From Spongospora subterranea f. sp. subterranea (lineage: Eukaryota): a stretch of 64,000 bases of DNA. Each line of letters starts with the position of its first letter. Position 1 is the stretch's first letter. Below the pieces are notes generated by a model that was not told the origin of the DNA, did not search any database, and saw only the letters and a program-made list of their open reading frames with translations. This document shows positions 40,487-51,293 of this stretch, piece after piece. The translations under genes and the position numbers were made by a program. The stretch lies in the NCBI GenBank assembly GCA_049724395.1, contig JAUGWO010000112.1:310001-374000 (forward strand), written 5' to 3'.

Positions 40487-41535
40487 TTAATGTATTGGAG
40501 CGATTCCTCCTTCCGTATCGGTATTCGATTGTGATTTAATCGTCGGGTATGTGATGAGCTGATATAAGATGCACGCATCGAACACTAGAGTTCCTAACGA
40601 TCCGACCAAAAACGGGAACGTTACGGCAAAGAAGAACGCGTTCATGGCGGGGAATCGCAATAGGATCGCGGCGCCATAGGTACAATTGGAGGCGAGGGTC
40701 AATATGAACATCGATATTGACAGGCCTGAGCACGATTGCGATATCCAGTTCTGATAGACCTGAGGGATTCTAGAGTCTAATTGGCACAGCCGTCCGATTT
40801 CATGGCGATAAACAGGCGACAAACCTTGAGAGGAAATATAGGAGACCAGAGGCCCAACTGACCAGTGATGTCGACAACAACTCCAATGGCGTCAATGTCG
40901 TAGAGTCGATACAGCTTGGCAACGCCCCCGTCATCAGCGATTTTCGATTATCAGGTTGAGAGAGCTTGACACGGAATGAAATGACACCAATGACCAATAC
41001 TAACGGGATGATCAGAAGCGGTTTTGAACGCGAATACCACGGCTGTTGTTGTTGCTGCTGCTGCTCGTTAAGACCGTTATCAGTCAACAGGATGTACTCG
41101 GGTTGAACTCGATCGTTCCGATACATTGCTAGCTGGCAAAGGAGGACGATATCGACTAGACAGAAATATAGTCCAGTTATCTGTTGGGTTAATACTTGAC
41201 GACCTAATATGCATGCCAGTAAGTTAAACATATCGCCAAACAACCTATCATTGATACACAACAGTTCAAACACAACTATGGAACCACAATAGGACATGAC
41301 ATGGCGCTAACCATGATAGGACGAACGCGGTCGATAGACCTTGGGTGGATTTGGAATGGAAATTTTGGGAGAGCTGCGGGAAGACGCAGACCATGGAAAT
41401 AACAAGACTGATCCACCCTAATACGAATGACCAATAGTCTGCTGTGCTATACACACAATCATGAAATATCGCTCTTATGAGCTCAGAGGCGTTGTGTCCA
41501 GATTGGTCATCAACAATGCAGCTGCATTCACCCAT
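40487..41535 (-). CDS. PQ-loop lysosomal/vacuolar amino-acid transporter (PQLC2/Ypq-like)
   Basis: Two PQ motifs (VFPQLSQNFHSKSTQGLS; SRIPQVYQNWISQSCSGLS), W|LFGDMFNL, FLVGSLGTLVFD. Confidence 0.88.
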
Positions 41536-42545
41536 CTATCCTCTGTCTATATATATGACAAAGGTCGATACTATTCTCTGAGATATTGATATTTACCTGT
41601 GCGCGTGTATTACAACGGAACATGACATATGCATGGGGTTCTTACGCCAGATCTGGCTGGGCAACCACGACCGCACACTATCGGTTCATTGTCATTGCCA
41701 TGATTATCTTAATTACGACGACTAATGCTCAAGAGCATCAATGTCACATTTTAGAATCAATTCGTAATCAGCGAATTCGATCAGCATGGCTTCTGCCACA
41801 ACCTTGACAGTTGGCACCGTTCATCCTGTTGCTAGCTGGACTTGAATGATAGTCACTTGAATGATCAGATGTGCACGACTGCATTTTCAAAACCGAATAG
41901 GTGTTGCCATTTCCTCAGCTCGTACAATTTGTTTTGAAGACCTGGCAGCACGCCATTCTGACTCTATAACCGAAATAATTGCCCATCCTTATACTATAAG
42001 AGTCATATCCATTGTTAGGGTGGTTAAAACAGGCTAAATCTCGGCCTCACTACAACAGGATCTTGATCAGCGTGAGAAATGTTTTAGCGATAATGAAGAG
42101 TTTACTGCATTCAAATATGTGATATTGTAAATAGGTTTAGAAAACCACAACCGCATTCTCGTTGATCAGTCGGCAAATCCATACTCAGCAGGATACCGGT
42201 GGAGCAAAGTGCCAATCCTTACTTTGTGATCCAGGTCTGTCAGCATATCAATTCGCGCCGAGAAATTGTCACCGACTTCCTTTGTGAGATGTTGTCAATC
42301 GCCAATCAGATTTAAGTTGGTACCCATTCACTACCGTCTTACCCCGAGTTGTACTAGAATTTGCCATTTTTTGCGAAATTTAGAAAGTTGAGGTGCTGTA
42401 TTCTGATACAAGCGTTGTATTAGAATCACTTGTTATATAGGCGATTTGTCCAAGCCTGTAACAAGCGGGCTCACCGTCGGTGAGATATGTTTTCCCGAGT
42501 GCTGCTAGTTTTAAGGACAATATTTGGAGTACCGGTTTGCATCAA

Positions 42546-44029
42546 TGGAAGACAATGGGAACTTGGACAACAGAAGGATTGGTTCTAAGGGCAAAGAACT
42601 GACTCCTGAACAACGGCGAAATGTTTACGAGTTTATGCTTGAACGCACGGTCGATGGAAACCTCCGGTATGGCGCTATGAAAGCTGCTGCAACCGAGTTC
42701 GTGATAACGCGGAAGGTTGTTTCGAATATCTGGTCACAAGGACGGAAATCGAAAGAAAACGGATCCATCGCAACTGACTTTACAAGTCGCAAGATTGGAA
42801 AGGTCGGACGGAAACGAAATGCCATAGGTTCAGCTGAGATTCAAGCGATCCCCTTGAGGCTTCGGTGCAACATTCGATCGATGGCGCATGCATTAAACAT
42901 TGGGGTGGCCACTTTGCATGGACGTTTAAAGGAGGGGATTGTAAAGCCGAACACTAATGCTGTGAAGCCTTTCCTGACCGACGCCAACAAAAAAGCTCGA
43001 CTCGAGTCAATGTTGGATCAAGGAAGTGTTGCTCTTGGTGCCCCACACTTCCAGGATATGTATGATCACGTTCATGTCGACGAGAAGTGGTCCAATATCT
43101 CCAAGACGTCTGCCAGGTACTACTTGGCCGCTGATGAAGAACCACCACACCGTACTTGCAAACGCAAGAGATTCATTACTAAGGTTATGTTTCTTGCCGC
43201 TGTTGCTAAACCTAGATGGGATTCAGCCAGGAATCAATGGTTTAACGGAAAAATTGGGATCTGGCCGTTTGTCTACCAAGAACCTGCCAAGCGAGGAAGT
43301 AAAAACAGACCAACAGGCACTTTGGTAACCAAAAATATTGAATCTGTCAACAAAATCCAGTACTCCAAAATGATGATTGAAAAAGTTATTCCAGCGATTC
43401 GCAGTAAATGGCCCAATTCCGTTCAAAGCGCGACCGTTGTGATACAACAAGACAATGCCAAGCCGCATATTAGCCCATTGGATACTGCTTTCAACCAGGC
43501 AGTCAAGGCGACGGGCATGAATATTCGCTTGACATGTCAGCCACCAAACAGTCCTGACACTAATGTTCTTGACCTTGGTTTTTTCAATGCAATCCAGGCT
43601 TTGCAACACACGAAAGCAATGAATACGATCGATGAACTCATTGCTGCCGTTGATGAAGCTTTCCACGAGCTCGATAAGGATACATTGAAGAAGGTGTTCT
43701 GAACTCATCACTCGTGCATGAACGAAACTATGAAATGCGGAGGTGGAAACAATTATCGGATCCCACACGTAAACAAGGATCATTTAATCAAGCAATGTCG
43801 ACTGCCCGAGTACTTATGCCGCGCAACAGAGACAATTGAGGCAGCGAAGCTGGCAACTTGTACCCCAATTGTTCAATAAAGAGTCAGAATAAGTGCTCGG
43901 GCAGTCGACATTGTCTGATTATATGATTTTTCTTTTAATGTGAGATTTTATAGAGTACATCGTCTCACCTGCTCATTGGACTGTGCCATTCATGCACAAT
44001 GCTCCCATTATTTTCGAACGGAGGGAGTA
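42546..44029 (+). mobile_element. Tc1/mariner DD39D transposase, inactivated by an in-frame TGA at 43700, with a 3' Stowaway-type TIR
   Basis: VHVDEKW, KVMFLAAVAKPR, GKIGIWPF, QQDNAKPH-(39 aa)-QPPNSPDTNVLDLGFF; reading continues past the stop as SCMNETMKCGGGNNYRIPH; TTTTCGAACGGAGGGAG-TA at 44011-44029. Confidence 0.92.
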
Positions 44030-44210
44030 AATACATAGGAGTATTACACATCCGAAACCGCCATGTTTCTGTTTGTTGCCGTTTGACAGAGCATGGCAGA
44101 CGTCCACTGTGTACAGTAGAATACAGTACACTGCGCCACTGGCCACTGCTCATTATTGATGTTCTGTTAATGTCGCTCGTCGCTCGTCGCGCTGGTGGAA
44201 TATTGGAACA

Positions 44211-44672
44211 ATGGGCACCTCCAAACCGGCATTTGACGTATGGTGTCGTCTAGCTGAAGTGTTCTTAATTCAATCTCTTTTTTATCTTTCTGTTGGAGCG
44301 GTCTTAATTGCGCTATGCTGGATTTGTGGTACCAGCGTGTCGTTATCTTTACTTCTCTCCTCGTCTGCGATCGACTTGTCATATTCTGCCGGGTTCACAC
44401 CTGTTATCTCATTTATTCTATCTATTCCCCCCGTATCTTTCGCTATATACCGCGCTGCGGGTCGGCCAAAAGAATGTCTCGATTTCGCATCCACTTTGTA
44501 TATTCTGCATCTGCTCATAACGTGTAGTTATGAACTCAAGGTTCCATTGAATATTTCTTGGTGGATATTACATGGGTTCAGCATTTTAGTAGTTTCAACT
44601 TCTAGCGAATTGCTTTGCATCAGAAGAGAGGCCGGCGTATTTTCTACAAAAGATGAGATGGCGATGGTGTAA
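44211..44672 (+). CDS. SYS1: Golgi integral membrane protein SYS1
   Basis: LIQSLFYL, KECLDFASTLYILHL, PLNISWW, ELLCIRRE. Confidence 0.85.
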   Translation: MGTSKPAFDVWCRLAEVFLIQSLFYLSVGAVLIALCWICGTSVSLSLLLSSSAIDLSYSAGFTPVISFILSIPPVSFAIYRAAGRPKECLDFASTLYILHLLITCSYELKVPLNISWWILHGFSILVVSTSSELLCIRREAGVFSTKDEMAMV

Positions 44673-44718
44673 TTGTCTCGTGGCGTAAATATACATGTGT
44701 GTAGTTTCAAAGTATTGA

Positions 44719-47700
44719 TTATCTGATGTCTAACGATCGTAGCTGGTTCCCTAAGCACGCTCGTTCGTAATAGGATGGGCAATCCAGTGATTCACAATAT
44801 ACGGCAGACCTTGGGTCTAATCCTGAGCAGTTCTGACAGGTGCGTATTTGCCTGAGAAGCTGAACTTGTAGATCATGGCATTCGATAGCATCGGCTAGAC
44901 CTTCGATCTTTCTATCGGCAGGGCATAAACAAAGGTCCGAGGACTGTCGACAGGTTGAACAATGTTTTCCGAAGTAAAACCTTTCACAATCGTTGAGTTG
45001 ATTAGGCGAATATTGACGAGATTATCGACCTGTCCAAGGCACCAGGGTTAGACGTCCGTATACCGAACGGTTTGAATCTTGGAAGTTCCCGGAACCATTG
45101 CCATATATTGACATGAATCAATGAGGTTAACCGGTTAAGACTTGGGATGATCTGCTTGGTGATATAGTAGTTGATATTGATACGATATTGAGAGTCTTCT
45201 TTGAAATAATCGTACGGGGATATAACCAAATCCATTAGACGATCGGTATTAGTTCCATAAACGACCTATATCACGATTTCAGTTCATTGACGATATGATC
45301 ATTATGCAGGTGGGTGCGAACAAGATAGGGAATTCTTTCGGCGTAAAGTGGAAATGCACGAGGATCGCGCTTCATACGCTCTGTCGCAATTTGTGCAGCT
45401 GGTGGTAAATGGCGTCGATAGGTTCCTGAGGAACCGTCATTTGAGTGAATTCTGAAAAAAAAACATAAAAAGGCGTTATGACCTAGTCGAACCTCTTTGG
45501 CGAAAACATAACGCATGACTGAAATGTCCCCTGAATTACAAATTAGGGACATTAAGGCAAAACACAAGAAAACGACACGAACCAAACATCATTCGTGTCC
45601 ATAATGACTCTAGGTATTGGCGCAAACGCGAAATGTCTTTTTTGAAAATGAGTTTGATCGCTTTATCCATCGATTCTACGAGTAAAGGGCACCCATCTCG
45701 TCGAATCACTTCTAATCCTGAGTCAAATTTTATTAGATTCGTCAACCAAACCAAGAGCATGACTTTTACCTTTTGCGTCAATAACAGGCTCGTCGCCAAA
45801 GTTTCTCGTACTTTAGGCCAACATACCTCTTCTTTGATACTAATAGGCACGGCTGATAGACTTTTTCAAACATCAACTTGACCGGAGGAGGGTTCACAGC
45901 TGTAATTCGATTACTGATTTCGGCGCCGATTTCAAACGCCTCTGCCAAAGTCCGCCCTCGAACCGATACAAAAAGCGAATCGGTATCAGCGTAAACGACT
46001 TCTGCTTTCCAATTGGGATCTGATTCTACAATGCCGATAGTGCGTTCAAGGGTTTCTCGGCCTGTTTGTACGATGGAGTCGGCAATTTCAGCGCAAGGCA
46101 TACGACCAGAGAATCCAGCTGCCGTATAACCATAGCTATGAGAGCGTCGATAAATAACAGATGACTTGCAGCGACGAATATGATAACCGACGTGACGTTA
46201 GCTAATAGCTTGATACCGAACTGCTTGGCATTCATTTCTGCCCAACGATGGTCCGATGTATCAAGTGACTTCATCGCCTGTTGTTGCCGTTATTTTTGGT
46301 TGAACGGGTATTGCACGAGAACCAACCTTTTTGATTGCGATTCTGGTCTCAAGAAGGTCCCGAAGTATCCGAGGTAATAGGCCGCTTTTGCCACCATTAT
46401 CAGACCGTCTATCTATGAAAACGACACCGTTTGGGCTAACCCATGACGCCCGATTCTGAAGCAGCTCAAATACAGGACGAACAGCACCCCCTAAACACTT
46501 GTTTAACTGCTGATCAGCAATTGGGTCGAAAATTATAATCGATACCAGCTCCTAACGGGACGGCAGATGAACCCGAATCTAATGACGCCTCGAGTGATGC
46601 GATAGAGCCAATACATGTGGAGTAGCAAATGTCTCTAGATATCACTATTGACGGATAGAGGGATTGGAAATCCTGCAATAACACAGCCGCTCAATAAGGG
46701 AGATGACTAAGGAAGGTCGATATACCAGAACTATAACAGGATCGCAGTATAAAGCGCTTCGTGGCTCCATAACCAAAGGAATGCATTCCATAGCAGGCTG
46801 ATTAGCAACCTGTAGGTTCATTGATCACTAGATGACATGAGTCCCCGCTAAACGAAATGACCTGTTCTGGTGATGCAGAATAGAATGTGAAGTTCTCCCC
46901 TGACACCTTGACGACACATTACTGATTCAACACGGTACTACATAATGGGAGTTTAGCGAACCAAAAGCAGATAGCGATCGCGATATAATCATTTGACCAA
47001 CCTGAGACCCTCTGGAGAGGACGCTGAAGAAATCAATGCCAAATAGTCTAGCTAGCTCACTGGTGCGTTGAATCAGGTTCTGCTGTGATAGAATGGCTAA
47101 TGTTGTTTGAGCCCTTACGATCCTATCATCAACCGCTCGCCTTAGACCATGAACGCTTCCATCGATCCAGTGATTCAGGGTCTTCCACGTATGATGGGGG
47201 ATCCTTCTCTCCAACAGATATAAGGCGGCGACATGAAGACTATACGATGATAACTTCACTTCTGACCGAATCACTCGCCAGAGATTGAGCACAATCCTCC
47301 CTGGGATATTGATCCCTGATGCCTTACGCTCACCCCTATCATGGAACACAATTTTAGCAACGATCATCGATATTGGAAAGCGAGAGAGTGACCATTCATC
47401 GATACCGGATCTGGTATTGAATGTGGATAACGACATACGAGATATATTGTGCAATAAACTATCACCAAGACCTAGGACCTGACTTCGATCATTGATATAC
47501 CCCATCGATTGTTTCTGGACCTCATATGCGATGATGATATCAGGGTCGATATCAATGATGTGATTGATGAAACCGTTGATCAACATTATCTCGGATTGGA
47601 ATATACTCAATCGAATCGAATCCGGATCATAACAGGTCTTCATCGCATCACAATAACCGATATTGTCGATATTCAGTAAAACGATCGTATCGTCTTTGAT

Positions 47701-49785
47701 ACCGTTCTTCTCCACCATCAATACGATGGCGATAATCGCATCGACAGCCGGATCAGGTTCGAGGTGGTCTCGGGAGCGATGTAATGACTCGATACAGAGG
47801 GTTGTGATGTTCTGCCGACTGTGAGACCAGATATCATCGACCGCAGGAGATGGTAATGACAATGACGAGGGCAATGGCGATTGAGCCGATTCGATATTGC
47901 TTTCGATATAGTCAGGCGATGGAGGTTGTGTTTGAGAATCTTGAACAGGCCCATAAACTAGACGGCCACCGCTATCGATATGACCGGTCTGGACACCGAC
48001 GCCACCGTTTTTCTTTCCTGACACCTTCGACAGTAACTCAGCGGTTGTTGGTGGATCAACACCTGGCGCAATCAAACACCCTCGACCATCCTCTACAGCC
48101 TGTATGATAAAATCCTTCTTGGCGAATAGGTTGTTGGGAATGTGTCGATATCCTATTCGCCGCATCACCTCTAACTCCTTTCGTCGATGTTCTTCGTTGG
48201 AGAAATACGCCTGTTGGGATAATATCGGGATTGATGAATAGTCCACACGAGGAACGACCTCTGAGCTAGACATCATCATCCCATCGCCATCTAGATCGAT
48301 CATATCCGGTATGATTTTTTGGCTATTCTCTTGGCTAAAGCGGCGTCTATCATATTCAATCCCATCCCCCTCGATTAGCCCACCAGCTCCCTCGTCACTC
48401 GAATCGCCGCATCGAGTCTTCGACAGATCATTCCGCATCGCTCGATCTTGTCCGGAACTCTGCGACGTTCTATAGATGAGGTCTTCGGCGTTGAGATCAG
48501 ATATTGCCTGGTTCAGGGTCAATAGTCCAGAATCTTCCTGCGCTGATTGTCCAGATTGGTTATCGTGATCATGACCTAATACGTCATGGGATAGGCTCAT
48601 GTCCTTCATATCGTCATCAACTTCCTCCTCGTCCTCATCTAAATGCCCATCCGTATCGTCGTCAACATTCAGCTCGCTCGTTCCAAACTTGTTCCTGTTC
48701 ATAACGGCAGCCAGATCATCATGGTCGGAAGGTAAAGACTGCATGAATTGGGTCCCGATGCGGAACGCCATATCGGCATCGAAGGACGCCCCCGAGAGCT
48801 GTGATAGAGATTGTGTCGGGGCGTCGGCCATACGCGATAATGGCGATGAGCCATGAACAGATCTTGTCCGGGCAATAACCCGCTCCAACCTGGTACGATA
48901 CGCTCTTTCCACGTTCGAAGCCTCGTATTTATCACGAACATCAACAGATAATGGAGCGAGCGCCTGGCTTGATAATCCTAGATCATTCCATACACCAGAT
49001 AGCGATGGAACCGCTAATCCATCAGGTATCGATTCAGATGGATTCGCGATCAAATCGGCAATAACATCGACTTCCAACTGACAGGATGATTGCCGATTGA
49101 TTCCAGATCGTAAATGCGCTGGAACCGAATCTTGTGACCATAACTGGGCAGGACCTGAGATGGGATTTGCAGATGAGGTAGCGGGTAATGGATGACGAAA
49201 TGTATATCCGCCAGGGGATATATGCATCCAGTTCATACCATATAGATTATATTCGATAAAGAATTGCAGAGGATATGGGATATGAGCGTGTTGGATATGG
49301 AACCGATATCCGTTGAAAAGAGCGCCTGATCTGAGCAATGCTGCAGCATGTTTAATGGTATGGGGATCGGCCATGTTGATCCTGATCATTTGGCGATGGT
49401 TCTGAGAATAGCCATAGATCGGCCGTTTCGCCATTAGCTCAAGAGATACGACAGGTTTCGACCGCGAAATTGAGGTGGATTGACCCATGGACATGGCGTC
49501 ATTCAGGCAGGATTTAATCAACTCTAAACTATCTTGATTGACATCAACATCTTCCACATCTATCAGTAAATATGGGAGGAATCCCTAGACCATTATCGCC
49601 GATCAAATACCGAACCAAACAACAATCGGCGATGCATTGACCCGAATATGAGCACAAGTGGTTTGGCCAGATGGTGTGGACCCGAATATCCTGATCTCAG
49701 GGATTCGGTTGGGCCCAGACGATGATGATGATTGCTGTCTCACCATCGACCATTCTATCGCCACAATCCTCACGCTAAAATTCAT
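44719..49785 (-). CDS. REV3: DNA polymerase zeta catalytic subunit
   Basis: IRIFGSTPSGQTTCAH, HIPYPLQFFIEYNLYGM, RTSELARLFGIDFFSVLSRGSQ, DFQSLYPS, KLLANVT|YGYTAAGFSGRMPCAEIADSIVQTGRETLE, YADTDS, C-terminal CysA/CysB clusters. Confidence 0.95.
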
Positions 49786-49847
49786 TATGAAGTATTGTCC
49801 GCGTAAGCCAGGCTTTCAGCAAATTTAATAAGGAAAACTGCAATGGG

Positions 49848-50240
49848 TTATAAGTCCTTCAGAATTCTAACGGGAATCGATCGATGTCTTCGGTATTCTT
49901 TTACAGAAAACTCCACTTGATCCGGGGTCAATTTGTTTCCGTCTTCCCCGTAAACACGATAGGCGTCCATGTACCGGAAACGCTTATTTGCAAACCTTTG
50001 AATCGATGCTAACGAAACGCTGTTTAAAGCCAATGGGACAATTGTTTGAAGGTTTGAACGAATATGTACAGTTCCTTCTGTTGAAAAATTTTCACGCCGC
50101 CCAGTACATCTTGATGAAGTTGAATTCGCAATGGAATTTGGAATAAAGTCTAATAAAAATCCATCATTCTTAAAAACTACTTCTTGTAACCAACATTTTT
50201 GTTTCTGGAAATCTGGTTGCTTTTGCAACAACTCCATGCC
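49848..50240 (-). pseudogene. Frameshifted C-terminal fragment of an IS630/Tc1/mariner-type DDE transposase
   Basis: QPDFQKQKCWLQE, (alternative frame) KFHCEFNFIKMYWAA..RNCTYSF, VPLALNSVSLASIQRFANKRFRYMDAYR, VKEYRRHRSIP. Confidence 0.75.
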
Positions 50241-50348
50241 CCCGGAACGCATCCGCCGAAGCCGCACAAGGTACCACCGGACAGGTAATCGTCGCGGCTA
50301 CACGACGATTACCGCTCCAGGTTCCGAGACCGACAGACGTCTACGGAC

Positions 50349-50561
50349 GTCGCTACCTTGACAAACACCCAAAGGTCGCTACCTTGACAAACACCCAAAG
50401 GTCGCTACCTTGACAAACACCCAAAGGTCGCTACCTTGACAAACACCCAAAGGTCGCTACCTTGACAAACACCCAAAGGTCGCTACCTTGACAAACACCC
50501 AAAGGTCGCTACCTTGACAAACACCCAAAGGTCGCTACCTTGACAAACACCCAAAGGTCGC
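50349..50561. repeat. 26-bp perfect tandem repeat, ~8 copies
   Basis: Unit GTCGCTACCTTGACAAACACCCAAAG. Confidence 0.97.
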
Positions 50562-50650
50562 GCAGAGGCCGCTAATGGCTCGTTTTATGATTTTGAACGC
50601 TTGAACCAGCATTGACAATCATAATAAAGAACAGAAGCACCTAAAACCCT

Positions 50651-51293
50651 ATATTGGCGACAATCGACAGTCAATATAGAACAATCGAGTGATCCACTTG
50701 ATGATGATATTGGCGACAATCGACAGTCAATAGAGAACAATCGAGCGATCCACTTGATGATGATGATATTGGCGACAATTGACAGTCAATAGAGAACAAT
50801 CGAGCGATCCACTTGACGACAATCGACAGTCAATAGAGAACAATCGAGCGATCCACTTGACGACAATCGACAGTCAATAGAGAACAATCGAGCGATCCAC
50901 TTGATGATGATATTGGCGACAATTGACAGTCAATAGAGAACAATCGAGCGATCCACTTGACGACAATCGACATTCAATAGAGAACAATCGAGCGATCCAC
51001 TTGATGATGATATTGGCGACAATTGACAGTCAATAGAGAACAATCGAGCGATCCACTTGACGACAATCGACAGTCAATAGAGAACAATCGAGCGATCCAC
51101 TTGATGATGATATTGGCGACAATTGACAGTCAATAGAGAACAATCGAGCGATCCACTTGATGATGATATTGGCGACAATCGACAGTCAATAGAGAACAAT
51201 CGAGCGATCCACTTGATGATGATATTGGCGACAATCGACAGTCAATAGAGAACAATCGAGCGATCCACTTGATGATGATATTGGCGACAATCG
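50651..51293. repeat. Tandem array of 56-bp and 44-bp unit variants (~12 units)
   Basis: Core GACAAT(C/T)GACAGTCAATAGAGAACAATCGAGCGATCCACTTGA joined either by TGATGATATTGGC or by C. Confidence 0.96.

Noticed and set aside
50349..51293. Possible CRISPR-like array (also considered for 15008-15346 and 30348-31082)
   Set aside because: Units are head-to-tail with no unique spacers, there are no cas genes, and the context is eukaryotic
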